From Octopus bimaculoides (Eukaryota), in assembly GCF_001194135.2 (NCBI RefSeq), contig NC_069000.1:21514997-21578996 (forward strand): 64,000 nt of DNA. The letters run 5' to 3'. Both the position numbers and the translations under genes were made by a program. Positions 1-11,600 of this stretch are shown one piece after another. Each line of letters opens with the position of its first letter. Position 1 is the stretch's first letter. The notes below the pieces were generated by a model, which was given only the letters and a program-made list of their open reading frames with translations, was not told the DNA's origin and searched no databases.

Positions 1-303
1 ATGGTGTAGCATAGGTTTTGGTAGAACCCTTCCTTAGACGTAGCATACCTATGACTACAGGGAAACAACTGTTTGTAAAGTGGCTGCTCTGTGCACATCG
101 CACACCCTACGCTACGTCATTGATTTCATTCTGCAGACCCCACAGATGATCCAGTGAAACAGACAAACAAGAAATGGAAACTCGACATCAGCTTCTGTTT
201 CTCTGGGTGTGCAGACTGTCTCACCAATCCTTCCTCGAGCCACTCTGTGCACTTTATCTATCTCCATTTAGTTACCTACACCAGTTATGGGTTTAGTAGA
301 AAG

Positions 304-619
304 TGGGTTATACATATTTAGATTGTATACCTGACTTTCTACTATAAAATTGAAGAAATTGACGGAACGCTGAACTCCAGACTAAACAACTCAAACAACA
401 TTTATTTACTTGGTAAAACATACAAATCTTTAGTTATACATCTTTAGAGGTGAGAATAACGAGCTGTCGAGTATAAGACCGAAAGATGTAGAGACAGCTT
501 TAAAACACACGTCCTTGCTCAATCGCTGGCCAGCGTGAAAGAGAATGAATTGAGCGGGAAACGCTTGCTTTATTAATTCTACGCATGCGTAAGACTACAC
601 ATGCGCAGGCGTTACTACA
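304..619. repeat. ~310 bp direct repeat copy 1 (LTR-like; minus strand begins TGTAGTAAC)
   Basis: Near-identical to 1805-2106 apart from a ~14 nt internal duplication and a few substitutions; both copies end ...GCGTTACTACA and then diverge. Confidence 0.75.
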
Positions 620-771
620 GAGCTCCCTCGCCAGAGCGGAAACGCACGATAAATAAAATCTGTTAGAACGCCTGAGGCAGGATGGCCACTGAAAAACCAC
701 CCACAAGATGTGGTACAAACACACACAAAGAAAATTCAAAGAAATGAAATGTACACTTGTGAAATACATGC

Positions 772-1079
772 ATGCAACGTATAAATGAAATGACAATGAC
801 AAAACAACCGTGATGACAACTGTCCAGGAAACTAGAATCACGCGATGTAAAAGTCTGAGAGTTTGTTTAACCTGAAAGGAAAGAAAATGTATGAGTGCAC
901 AAGTATGTGTGTGAGAAAAAACACAGAACATGCAATGTATAAATGAAATGACAATGACAAAACAACCGTGATGACAACTGTCCAGGAAACTGGAATCACG
1001 CGATGTAAAAGTCTGAGAGTTTGTTTTCCCTGAAAGGAAAGAAAATGTATGAGTGCACAAGTGTGTGTGTGAGAAAAAA
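772..1079. repeat. 158-bp tandem repeat, at least 2 units, running into an N gap
   Basis: ATGCAA(C/T)GTATAAATGAAATGACAATGAC starts at 772 and again at 930. Confidence 0.85.
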
Positions 1080-1804
1080 NNNNNNNNNNNNNNNNNNNNN
1101 NNNNNNNNNNNNNNNNNNNNNNNNNNNNNNNNNNNNNNNNNNNNNNNNNNNNNNNNNNNNNNNNNNNNNNNNNNNNNNNNNNNNNNNNNNNNNNNNNNNN
1201 NNNNNNNNNNNNNNNNNNNNNNNNNNNNNNNNNNNNNNNNNNNNNNNNNNNNNNNNNNNNNNNNNNNNNNNNNNNNNNNNNNNNNNNNNNNNNNNNNNNN
1301 NNNNNNNNNNNNNNNNNNNNNNNNNNNNNNNNNNNNNNNNNNNNNNNNNNNNNNNNNNNNNNNNNNNNNNNNNNNNNNNNNNNNNNNNNNNNNNNNNNNN
1401 NNNNNNNNNNNNNNNNNNNNNNNNNNNNNNNNNNNNNNNNNNNNNNNNNNNNNNNNNNNNNNNNNNNNNNNNNNNNNNNNNNNNNNNNNNNNNNNNNNNN
1501 NNNNNNNNNNNNNNNNNNNNNNNNNNNNNNNNNNNNNNNNNNNNNNNNNNNNNNNNNNNNNNNNNNNNNNNNNNNNNNNNNNNNNNNNNNNNNNNNNNNN
1601 NNNNNNNNNNNNNNNNNNNNNNNNNNNNNNNNNNNNNNNNNNNNNNNNNNNNNNNNNNNNNNNNNNNNNNNNNNNNNNNNNNNNNNNNNNNNNNNNNNNN
1701 NNNNNNNNNNNNNNNNNNNNNNNNNNNNNNNNNNNNNNNNNNNNNNNNNNNNNNNNNNNNNNNNNNNNNNNNNNNNNNNNNNNNNNNNNNNNNNNNNNNN
1801 NNNN

Positions 1805-2106
1805 TGGGTTATACATCTTTAGATTGTATACCTGACTTTCTACTAAAAAATTGAAGAAATTGACGGAACGCTGAACTCCAGACTAAACAACTCAAACAAC
1901 ATTTATTTACTTGGTAAAACATACAAATCTTTAGAGGTGAGAATAACGAGCTGTCGAGTATAAGACCGAAAGATGTAGAGACAGCTTTAAAACACACGTC
2001 CTTGCTCAATCGCTGGCCAGCGTGAAAGAGAATGAATTGAGCGGGAAACGCTTGCTTTATTAATTCTACGCATGCGTAAGACTGCACATGCGCAGGCGTT
2101 ACTACA
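1805..2106. repeat. ~300 bp direct repeat copy 2 (LTR-like)
   Basis: Matches 304-619; its left end coincides with the gap edge. Confidence 0.75.
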
Positions 2107-3229
2107 TGGGCAACCTGCATCCCACGGGACATTCTGAATGGCACGCCTAATGAAAAATAACCTTCAATGTTTTCAGCAGTGCTGTATGTTTGATGATGAA
2201 CCATGTCTCAATGCGGCCCGCAGATCGTAAAATGTTACCCATACCTCCCTCACTTCCTGACATATTTAATACGAGCTAACGAGAGATCCACTAAGTGGTC
2301 TCTTGACCCGCAAGAAGTAGCTGTCTAATCTCCCTCAAACCACATTCTAATGTCTTTAAAAAGAATACATTGGATATTTTAGTCTGAGATACACTATTCC
2401 ACTCCAGACACCATATTTAATACGAACCAACAAGGAATCCCCTGAGTGATCGCTGGACCTGCTAGAAACAGTTACCAAATCTCCCACAAACTATATCATA
2501 TTGTCTTTAAAAAAGTCTGCTCAATTCGGGCTTATCTGGGATTAAACAATAACAACAATCATAACAAACACTTTATTCAATCGTTTTCTCCACAAAATTA
2601 AAAATCTCTTGAACATTCTCCCAGGCAAATGTTATCCTGCTAAACAATGGTCAAAAGTAATTCAAGCTGTAATTCAACATTAAACTCATCAGTACAGAAA
2701 TGTTTACTGCCTCTGATTAAACAGTTAAAATATATATATATAAATACACACACACACACTTATGTATAATTATTGATTTCAAAATTTGGCACAAGATCAC
2801 TAATTTTGGGGGAGGGAGAGTGAGGTACATTGACCCCAGAGTTCAACTGGTACGTCTTTACGGACCCCAAAAGGATAAAAGACAAAGTTGATCTTGGCAG
2901 AATTTGATCTCAGAATGTAAAGATGGACGAAATGGCACACTAACAATTCTGCCAGCTCGCCATTTATATATATATATATATNNNNNNNNNNNNNNNNNNN
3001 NNNNNNNNNNNNNNNNNNNNNNNNNNNNNNNNNNNNNNNNNNNNNNNNNNNNNNNNNNNNNNNNNNNNNNNNNNNNNNNNNNNNNNNNNNNNNNNNNNNN
3101 NNNNNNNNNNNNNNNNNNNNNNNNNNNNNNNNNNNNNNNNNNNNNNNNNNNNNNNNNNNNNNNNNNNNNNNNNNNNNNNNNNNNNNNNNNNNNNNNNNNN
3201 NNNNNNNNNNNNNNNNNNNNNNNNNNNNN

Positions 3230-3565
3230 GTGGCTTTTTAAACCAGACAGTGTTTTGAAAAAACACCCACACAGATTGCACCTCTGATTTGCACTACCAA
3301 TACCTGCAAGTAAGTTCTGCTCATTGTGGATCCTAACATGTCTTTTAAGACCCCCATTGGATTTGCAAACCCTCTGGCACACACCACATTCAAACGTGTG
3401 CACAGACATATAATCAGAATAGCTGGATGAGGTTTGTTTTCCATGGGTTCGCAGGTGAGATTTGAGGCCAGCCATGGACAGACATGGTCTGTCACAGACT
3501 GTGCACACAAAAAGGTCCTTGTCATTCACCTTCTCAGTCTTCACCTTTTTCCTTAAATGTCTCTT
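3230..3565 (-). mobile_element. Open frame with three tandem C2H2 zinc fingers, resembling the C-terminus of an RTE/BovB-type LINE ORF (5'-truncated)
   Basis: KRHLRK...CTVCDRPCLSMAGLKSHLRTH, CGVCQRVCKSNGGLKRHVRIH, CNLCGCFFKTLSGLKSH. The KRxxRK lead-in and the C-x2-C...GLxSHxRxH pattern fit RTE termini. No TGEKP linkers. (TA)n tracts lie on both sides. Confidence 0.65.
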
Positions 3566-4757
3566 ATATATATAAATGAAATATTCAAACACTGAGATTT
3601 GAAGTTAGATGTCATATATATATATCATCATCATCATCTGCAGCAGCAGCATTTAACGTCAATCTTCCAGGCAGGTGTGGGTTTGGTGGTTTGACAGCCA
3701 GATAGAAGACTACTCCAGGCTACTGTGTCTGTTTTGGCAGAGTTTTTATGGCTGGATGCTCTTCCTAACACCAACCACTCTACAGTGTGGATTGAGTGCT
3801 TTTTACGTGGTGCCAGCACATATATATATAGATAAACTTACTAGGAAATGGATGCATGGCGTTCAATCATATAACAATATAAATAATGTATATATATATG
3901 TATATATATGCATATATACATACATGTATATACAGATAGAATCAAATGTCAACTTCAGATTTATGTATAAAATTCATTTGCTGCCATAACTTGTTTTATC
4001 AATAATTTATACCTATAGCCAGTAGGGGTAGTTAAATGTTTACATTTATATAGTACAAGCAAAGTATTACATTTGCATATCACAATCAAAACAACAAAAA
4101 AAAGATATATATATATATATAATAAATGCAGAATAAACCACAATTCAAATCAACTGATCAAGAAATAGGATAAGAGTCTGTGATTGTAAACGTAGCCTCT
4201 ATAATAAACTGGGAGAGAAGTCACAAAAAAGATTGTGACTGGCAACAAAAGAACTTTGACGAAAAAGAAACAGAAATAAAGCAAAAACCAAATGAATGAC
4301 TGCTTAACCAACAAGTTAAACGATCAATTGGATAGATATTTAATCGACTAATAATAAAGGAGTGGAATTGTGCATGTGTTATTAATACTGGCGTAGTGAC
4401 TCTCCCTAGACACAACAAAATTCATTTCAACACACAGATTTACATAAAGAATCTTGCAAACCAAATACAAAAAGAACATATTGTAACTTTTATGAAATTA
4501 TAAATGCCATCCAATTATTTCAGTTAGTTAAGATTAAACTGTAAAATGCATTCTTTTATAATAAAGATATAGTTTGTTTAACAACTTAGTCACAGACATA
4601 GGTATGCACAGAAGAAATTTGTTTCACAGATAAATGGTTCTGGGTTTGATGTCACTGCAAATCATTGTGAGCAAATGTCTGCTGCCAGAGCCTCAGGTTG
4701 TTCAATAGCTTATGATTAGAATTTAGATGGGAGACAAAACCTTCACCCATCAGTGCT

Positions 4758-4978
4758 CTCTCTTCTTATTTCTTTATTGCCCACAAGGGGCTAAACATAG
4801 AGGGGACAAACAAGGACAGACAGAGGGATTACGTCGACCCCAGTGCGTAACTGGTACTTAATTTATCGACCCCGAAAGGATGAAAGGAAAAGTCAACCTC
4901 GGCGGAATTTGAACTCAGACGAAATACTGCTAAGCATTTCACATGGCATGCTAACGTTTCTGCCAGCTCGTCGCCTTT
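4758..4978 (-). mobile_element. tRNA-derived SINE (family A: GGCGAGCTGGCAGAA head, GAGTTCAAATTCC B-box)
   Basis: Reverse complement of the copy at 20272-20510; family recurs many times in the window. Confidence 0.85.
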
Positions 4979-5442
4979 GGGCCCAGTTTCACGGTTTCAA
5001 TGGTGTATGTGTTCCCCAGCTGGACGAGACGTTAGCGTTACTAATTTTTGCCTGCTGAGTGGACTGGAGCAACGTGAAATGAAGTGTTTTGCTCAAGAAC
5101 ACAACGCATCGCCTGGCCAAGGAATCGAAACCACAATCTTATGATCATGATGCTGACAACCTAACCACTAAGCCACGCGCCTCCACTTTGCAGTAGAAGA
5201 GGCAGGGAGAGGAGACAGCACATTTGTAGGCCAGTGGTCGGGAATATTGGTGAGCAACTTCCTGCAAACCAGTCCAGTGGCCTTTCTTTGGATGCAGTCT
5301 AAGATGTAGATCAACATCATCATCATCATTTAGTGTCTGCTTTCCATGCTGGAATGGGTTAGACGGTTTGACTGAAACTATAGCCTTGGGCCAACCAAGT
5401 GGATTTGGTTGACAGAAACTGAAAGGCTGTTGTATATATATA

Positions 5443-6654
5443 CAGGGTGTGATGGGTAAATTGTCACCATTTTATATTTTCAATTTCATGCATGCACATT
5501 GTTTGTTTTTGATTTTATCAATTACACAGTATAGTAGGGTCAGTTGGGCACCGTCTGTGAGAAAAACAGCTCCATGACACAATTCACTCTGCCAGAAATT
5601 TGGAAACAACATGCTATACTGCTTGGCATTTGCCATGGAAACTCCAATAGGAACATTCCAGAGTGTTTGGGCATCAATCTGAGGACAATGCAGAAGATTT
5701 GGAAAGTGTTGGATGAGTCTAATGGTGATTATGAAGGTACAGCAGCTCGAACAACTCACTCTGTTCGTTCTGATAAGAAAAGAATTCCTGAATTTGTTGA
5801 TGAGATCCAGGCCATGATTGACAATGATCACTCCAAGTTAATCAGGTCCATTGCCTGGTACATGGGAGTGTCTGAGTTTCTTATCAGGCAGGCAGTGCAT
5901 GAAGACATTTGGTATTCCTCATACAAGATGGGAAAGTTCCAATTTTTATCCCAAGCCATCAAGGACAAGAGGAAAGACTATGCTCCAAAGCTTTTGAACA
6001 AACTCAAGCATCCCCTCCAACAGAACATGCTTTGGTTTTCCTCAGACAACTGTTGGCTTGCCATGTCCCTAAAACATGTACCAAGAGTGATAAAAACCAA
6101 GCATTCAGTCAACATCATGGTCTTTGGGATGATCATTAGTGATGGCAAAGTTATGCCTCCATCCATCTTCCCACTTGGAGGCCTACATCAAGTGCTAGGA
6201 GGAGGCAGTGCTGCCATGGGTCAAGAGGGTGACTGCTGGAAGACCCTATGTCTGCCACACAAGCAGGAGAACCCAGTCATAGCTGTTAGACAATTTCTGT
6301 GACCACATCACCCCTAATATATGGCCACCTAACTCCCCTGACTGCACCCCACTTAATTATTATGTACAGTTGAACGAGAGACCAACAAAACTCCTTGTAA
6401 TATCATAGATGAACTGAAGGCAAGGATTAGGGCAGCATTCACCAACTTAAACAAGGAGACCGTCTAGAAGAGTTGCAAGGGATTCCAAACTTGCCTGGAG
6501 GCCGTGGTTGAAGCCAATGGCAATTTTATGGAATAAATTTATTCTTTGGTATTTCGAGATATTTTTATGTAATTTTGGTAAATATATGTCAAAATGAGAT
6601 GCCAGTGCTACTTCCATTTTTGCGTAATTTAGACAATTTATTCACCGCACCCTG
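5443..6654 (+). mobile_element. Tc1/mariner-superfamily DNA transposon (maT/DD37D-like), degenerate transposase
   Basis: TA target duplication (5441-5442, 6655-6656); 23-bp imperfect TIRs CAGGGTGTGATGGGTAAATTGTC / CAGGGTGCGGTGAATAAATTGTC; ORF 5544-6302 with an HTH-like N-terminus, WFSSD and NIMVFGMIISDGKVMPP; WPPNSPDCTPLNYY near 6322 in a shifted frame. Confidence 0.92.
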
Positions 6655-6668
6655 TATACATACATATA

Positions 6669-6735
6669 TGGCGCAATCAGTTAATGTGTTCAGCTGTTAA
6701 CCGAAAGGTTGGTGGTTCAGTTCCACCCAGGGATG
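6669..6735 (+). pseudogene. tRNA-Asn(GTT) pseudogene lacking the 5' acceptor-stem strand
   Basis: TGGCGCAATCAGTTAATGTGTTCAGCTGTTAACCGAAAGGTTGGTGGTTCAGTTCCACCCAGGGATG matches eukaryotic tRNA-Asn (anticodon loop CTGTTAA); most differences are CpG transitions. Confidence 0.8.
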
Positions 6736-6754
6736 ATGTGTAACTAATCTGTGA

Positions 6755-7050
6755 AGGGGCATGGCCCAGTGGTTAGAGCATCGGGTTCACAATCAAGAGG
6801 CAGTGAGTTCGATTCTTGCACTGGGTTGTGTGTTGTGTTTTTGAGTAAGACACTTTATTTCATGTTGCTCCAGTTCACTCAGCTGTAGAAATGGGTTGCG
6901 ACGTCACTGGTGCCAAGCTGTATTGGCCTTTGCCTTTCCCTTGGATAACATTGGTGACGTGGAGAGGGGAGTGTGGTATGTATGGGCGACATTGCTTAGA
7001 TTTGTGCACTGGAGGGGAACTTTCTAGGTGCGTCCCATGGTCATTCATGG
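6755..7050 (+). mobile_element. tRNA-derived SINE (family C: GGCCCAGTGGTTAGAGC head)
   Basis: Pol III A/B boxes; the body is repeated at about 29245-29570. Confidence 0.75.
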
Positions 7051-8587
7051 TTTATTGACGTAAAAGGTTGGAAATTTTTCCCGTATCGAAGTTCGATAAG
7101 CCGAATATATATGTTGTGTGTGTGTGAGTCTTTGTGTCTGTGCTTGTTCCCCCCACATCACCGTTTGACAACTGGTGTTGGTGTGTTTACGTCCCTGTAA
7201 CATAGCGGTACGGCCAAAATGACCCATAGAAATAAGTACTAGGCTTAAGAAAATAAGTCCTGAGGTCGATTTTTTCGACTAAAACCTTTCAAGACGGGGC
7301 TCCAGCATGGCCGCAGTAAAATAACTGAAAATGAATAAAAAAATAAAAGAATTATATTTCACTCGTATGTAACTTAAGTCTTCATAGACGATTGAAGGCT
7401 TATTATTATTGTGTCCCTTTGTTCAGAACTCTCTACTGTTACGAATCAATTTCAAAGTAAAAGTCTTCTTAGCTTTAGTTTTTTTTTTAGAACTCCACAG
7501 CTTACCATGAAAGGATACACTATTCCTTTTTCATTGATATTACTTTGGGCTATTTTCTTATGGAATGGTTTGTTCATATAGTTTCCTACTTTAATGATTC
7601 CTTTTTTTTCTTATCCATGTCACCTATCTCTTATATATGATATCTGTTTTACATGAAAGCACTTCCCCAATGTTTCGAAACCTTCAACCGTAGCCGGATA
7701 TCGCGTTATTATTTGTCATCACTCATTTTCCTTCCTCTATATCAAATAGTTAAATCAACATTTCATAGCAAATAAACTTTATGAATACGTATATATTTAC
7801 ATAGAATCGGTTTTTATCAGTTTAAAGATTCATTATACTCACACATACTTTGTTCAATCATAGTTCTATACACAAACACATTTCTGAAGAGAGGTGGTGG
7901 GTGTATTCGTAAGTGTGTTTAACAAGACTTTTATTATTTATTTGGTTATGGAGTCTCTAATTTATTGACGGTATTTGCTACTTTGTTCTCTCGTGTTTTC
8001 AATCTATAGGTTTCTGATTGTAACAATGTTGTCACGAACCAAGATTTAATCGTTAACTACCACGTATTCCTTATAAATGACTCTCGGCATTACTTCAAGT
8101 TTTGCTAAAGAATAAACCATACGAGATTACCTCTGTAGTTGCTCAACCGGTTAGATATAGTAGTCAAATCTGCTTGAAAATAACATACTTCTGTCTCAAA
8201 AAAGGAAACTAAGTTTAAATCGGATTTAGTTGAGTCTGATATGCAAACGCTCGGGATGGGCATGTTTAGAAGGCCTTTAATCGTAAGTCTGCTTACATCT
8301 GGGGCTAAATAACGTGTACTTGGAAATATATGTTCACATAGGCCTATTTTGCCTTCTTATGAATTAAGGTATTTTAATAACACGTCCAGCTTATCTGAGT
8401 CACGAGTACTTTATATATTTCATTATTAGTTTAACAATAGTATTTTGATTCCCCTTTGTGTCAAACATTCACAATTATTATTTTTGTTTGTTTTCGTTTT
8501 CACATTTACTACAACAATCTAAGATGAAATGAAGATATCTGATTTTTCCCATCTTTGATAAATTTATTGTTTTATGATTTCTCTAAA

Positions 8588-8666
8588 ATGAAAGCAAATA
8601 CAAAGTTCGCCAAAGAAATGCCAAAACTTCCTTATTTTGTTATCGTATTTGCGTTGTTTGTCAAGA
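8588..8666 (+). CDS. NCSTN: Nicastrin candidate exon 1 (signal peptide MKANTKFAKEMPKLPYFVIVFALFVK)
   Basis: ATG, basic n-region and hydrophobic core; phase-1 donor A|GTGAAC joins exon 2 in frame (...FVKTAAIRTKDK). The donor is weak. Confidence 0.55.
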
Positions 8667-11600
8667 GTGAACTGCCCGCTTTTTGCTAACCAGATTTACC
8701 AAGCGGACACTGAACGCTAACATACACACAAATGTGTGTGTGTATGTATGTATNNNNNNNNNNNNNNNNNNNNNNNNNNNNNNNNNNNNNNNNNNNNNAT
8801 AAAGAATTCATTTAACATATGCGTTTTACTCCATTTACTGAATCTATATATTTACTCAAGTACCCAAAATAACAAGGAGTTTCAACCTCATAAACAGGAG
8901 TTACAGCACAGTCATTTTGTGATCTTTGCTACCCTAGTATCTATTAACCAATTTATTTTGTCCGAGTTAATTATTAACTTAGAGAAAATAAATACATATA
9001 ATAAAATAATATATATATATATGGCACTATCTATCTATCTATCTATATATATATATATATATAGAGGTGAGTATATGAATTAGATATGAATACTAACTTG
9101 AGTACTTTTTCTGCTTGGTTTTTGGGTATACCTAAAAGTATATACGCGTATATTCTAACTTGGCACTTTCAAACAGAATACAAATAGGTAACGCGTACGT
9201 ACAAAAACAAAATACCACGCGCACACACATGCATACATGATTTAGATACAAAAGAGATAAAATTGAAAACAAATTCAACATTTGACGTGACAACAAAAAT
9301 CACAAGATATTTGTTAACACGCATTTTACAACATGGACTTTAGACATGAAACAAAAAACGTACATGTGGTAGGTGGTGATAGCGAACGATGAGTCCAAAA
9401 TGGACTCAGCATTAAATGAAGTCAGTTTTGTTCCACCCTTTAGACAGTATGGTATGTCATTTCGTTCAGTTGAGAAAAACTGATTAAAATCCCACACTAA
9501 TTTCTGCTCCAAGTTGCTTCTATTTTCAAAGGAAACGGAAGATACTGTGGTTTAAACATCTCCATATAACCCCTCATAACTTTTATTTTGGGAGATTTTC
9601 AGAAAATTCTTGCGAATTTGTATTCTACACACAGGAACTCATACGATTATATATATATATATATAAAGTTTTTAAATTTTAAACCTCTCCCCCATAAATC
9701 CTGAAAGTTCCACTATTTTTGAATTTTTTTTAAAAAATAAGTTTAAGATACGGACAGTCCGAATTTTTTGCTAAAATCCCAGCAATGGACCACCCTTGGG
9801 TGCATCATCATTCCATTAAATGTGTTTACGGGGAGAAAAATATTTTAAAACATCAATACGTGTCAGTGACAAAGAAACAAGGTATCAAGTGGTCGTGAGA
9901 TGTGCTAAAACTAACAGCTAAATCGCCCTTAAGTCACAAACACAAAGTTTTCTTTTTGCATAATCGTTTGAATTCCCGTGTGTAGAACACAAATTCGCAA
10001 AAATTTTCTGAAAATTCAATAAAATAAAAAAAGAATTATGAGGGAATAATTGGGGTGCTTAAAACAGAATTCCACCAAAGATACTTGTTCTCGCCTACCA
10101 CAAGAATCACTACTTTCACAACTACTGCAAAATATAAGATTACAATGCTTGTTTTTCTAAAATGACACTACTATAAAAATAATCTCTGTGAGTGACTCAT
10201 CCAACTGTATTAGCAACTGCTCAATACACTTCCACTGACGGAGATATCAGTGGGTATGGAACAATTTCTTGTGAACATGAACTGTTCTTATTTCATTTTC
10301 TTTAGCTTTATTGGTTGGCTGAATTGTCATGATTCTGAGGATCGTTATTTAAGTTGTTTTTTGTTTGTGAAAGGGACATTGCATTTTCCTCTTTACTATT
10401 AACTCCATGACCATTGAGTGCCCTCTGTGACAGGTGATATTGATGCGTTCTTCAATTGTGAGATGACAACTGCAGGAAGAACTTGGGTTGATGAGAATTC
10501 CCATGAATTGATGTTCTGGGGAAGGATGATTAGGTGTGGTACCTGAGGTGTGTTTGAGACACATGATGGTTGATGAAGAGAGGAGATGAGTAAGGGTGGT
10601 ATACAGAAGAGAAGAGGCTGCTGTAGCAGAATTCAAAAAACGAGATAGTGTGTCTGCTGATCAGAAAATGTAGTGTGTTGGTGAGTGGATCATTGCTGTC
10701 ACTCAACCATCTTTCTTTTTGGATGTGGTCTGGAATATTTGAGTATATGTAGCAGCAGCACTGACTCTAGTGTAGGAGCAGTTCTTTATTGTGGATCTCA
10801 CTTAATCTTCATAGTGGGTTAGACTGAAGTATATTCTGGGTCCTATAAAGCAGGAGTTTTCAAACTGGTCCGCAAGGACAAGACAGGGGGTCCGTGGACA
10901 GCAAATACTTTTTATGGGCAATTTGATTTTATAAATGTTTTTTAATTGAAATCTTTTAATTGACAATAAAACTATTTGTTAAATACTGTTAAATAAATAA
11001 ATGTAAAAATATGTTATTTTAAGCAAATATTTATGTATAAATTTCATAAGCGTTTATAAGGGGGTCCCTAAGGTAAAGCCTAAAATATAAAGGGGTCTGC
11101 AAGTCAAAAAGTTTGAAAACCCCTGCTATAAAAGAAAGTGAGACTAGAGTGCAGTTTTAAGTATGTCATGTAAGTAACATTGCTAGGAAAGATCATTAGA
11201 GAGTGTGAGACCTAGCTTTTGTAGCTTCTTTGAGTGGATGTTTTATGCAGATGATTGGGTTGATATGGTACTGGGCTACCTGTTGAATGGTCAACAGTCT
11301 AATCTATAACCATGATTGGTATATTTCACCAATTGTAGACAGTAGCTGCACCATGGGATTGATAAAGTTCCTCAGTATGTACCGTTGAGTTCAATTTCTT
11401 AATTCCATAGAATCTTGAGATTTGGTATCAAAGATTATTTAGACTTGATTCAGTAGTATTGCAATATCTAGGAGTTGGGCCTGAGAGTTATTCTAGACAC
11501 ATACTGAATGACTTATAGAACTGACCAGAACTTTTTCTCTGCAATAGTAAATGTCAACTCACCTTACCCACAAAGGTTGTCAACTTACGCTTATCTTTTT

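Noticed and set aside
500-1854. Long ORFs (438, 277 and 260 aa) in the ORF track
   Set aside because: They are open only because they run through the N gap; the same applies to ORFs over the gaps near 3000, 12200 and 46400.
2260-2515. Apparent ~152-bp tandem duplication
   Set aside because: Two adjacent fragments of a dispersed repeat that also appears near 8100, 21950 and 36780.
2858-3592. Classical Kruppel-type C2H2 zinc-finger gene of the cephalopod expansion
   Set aside because: No TGEKPY linkers or F/L finger consensus; the pattern fits RTE-LINE terminal fingers better.
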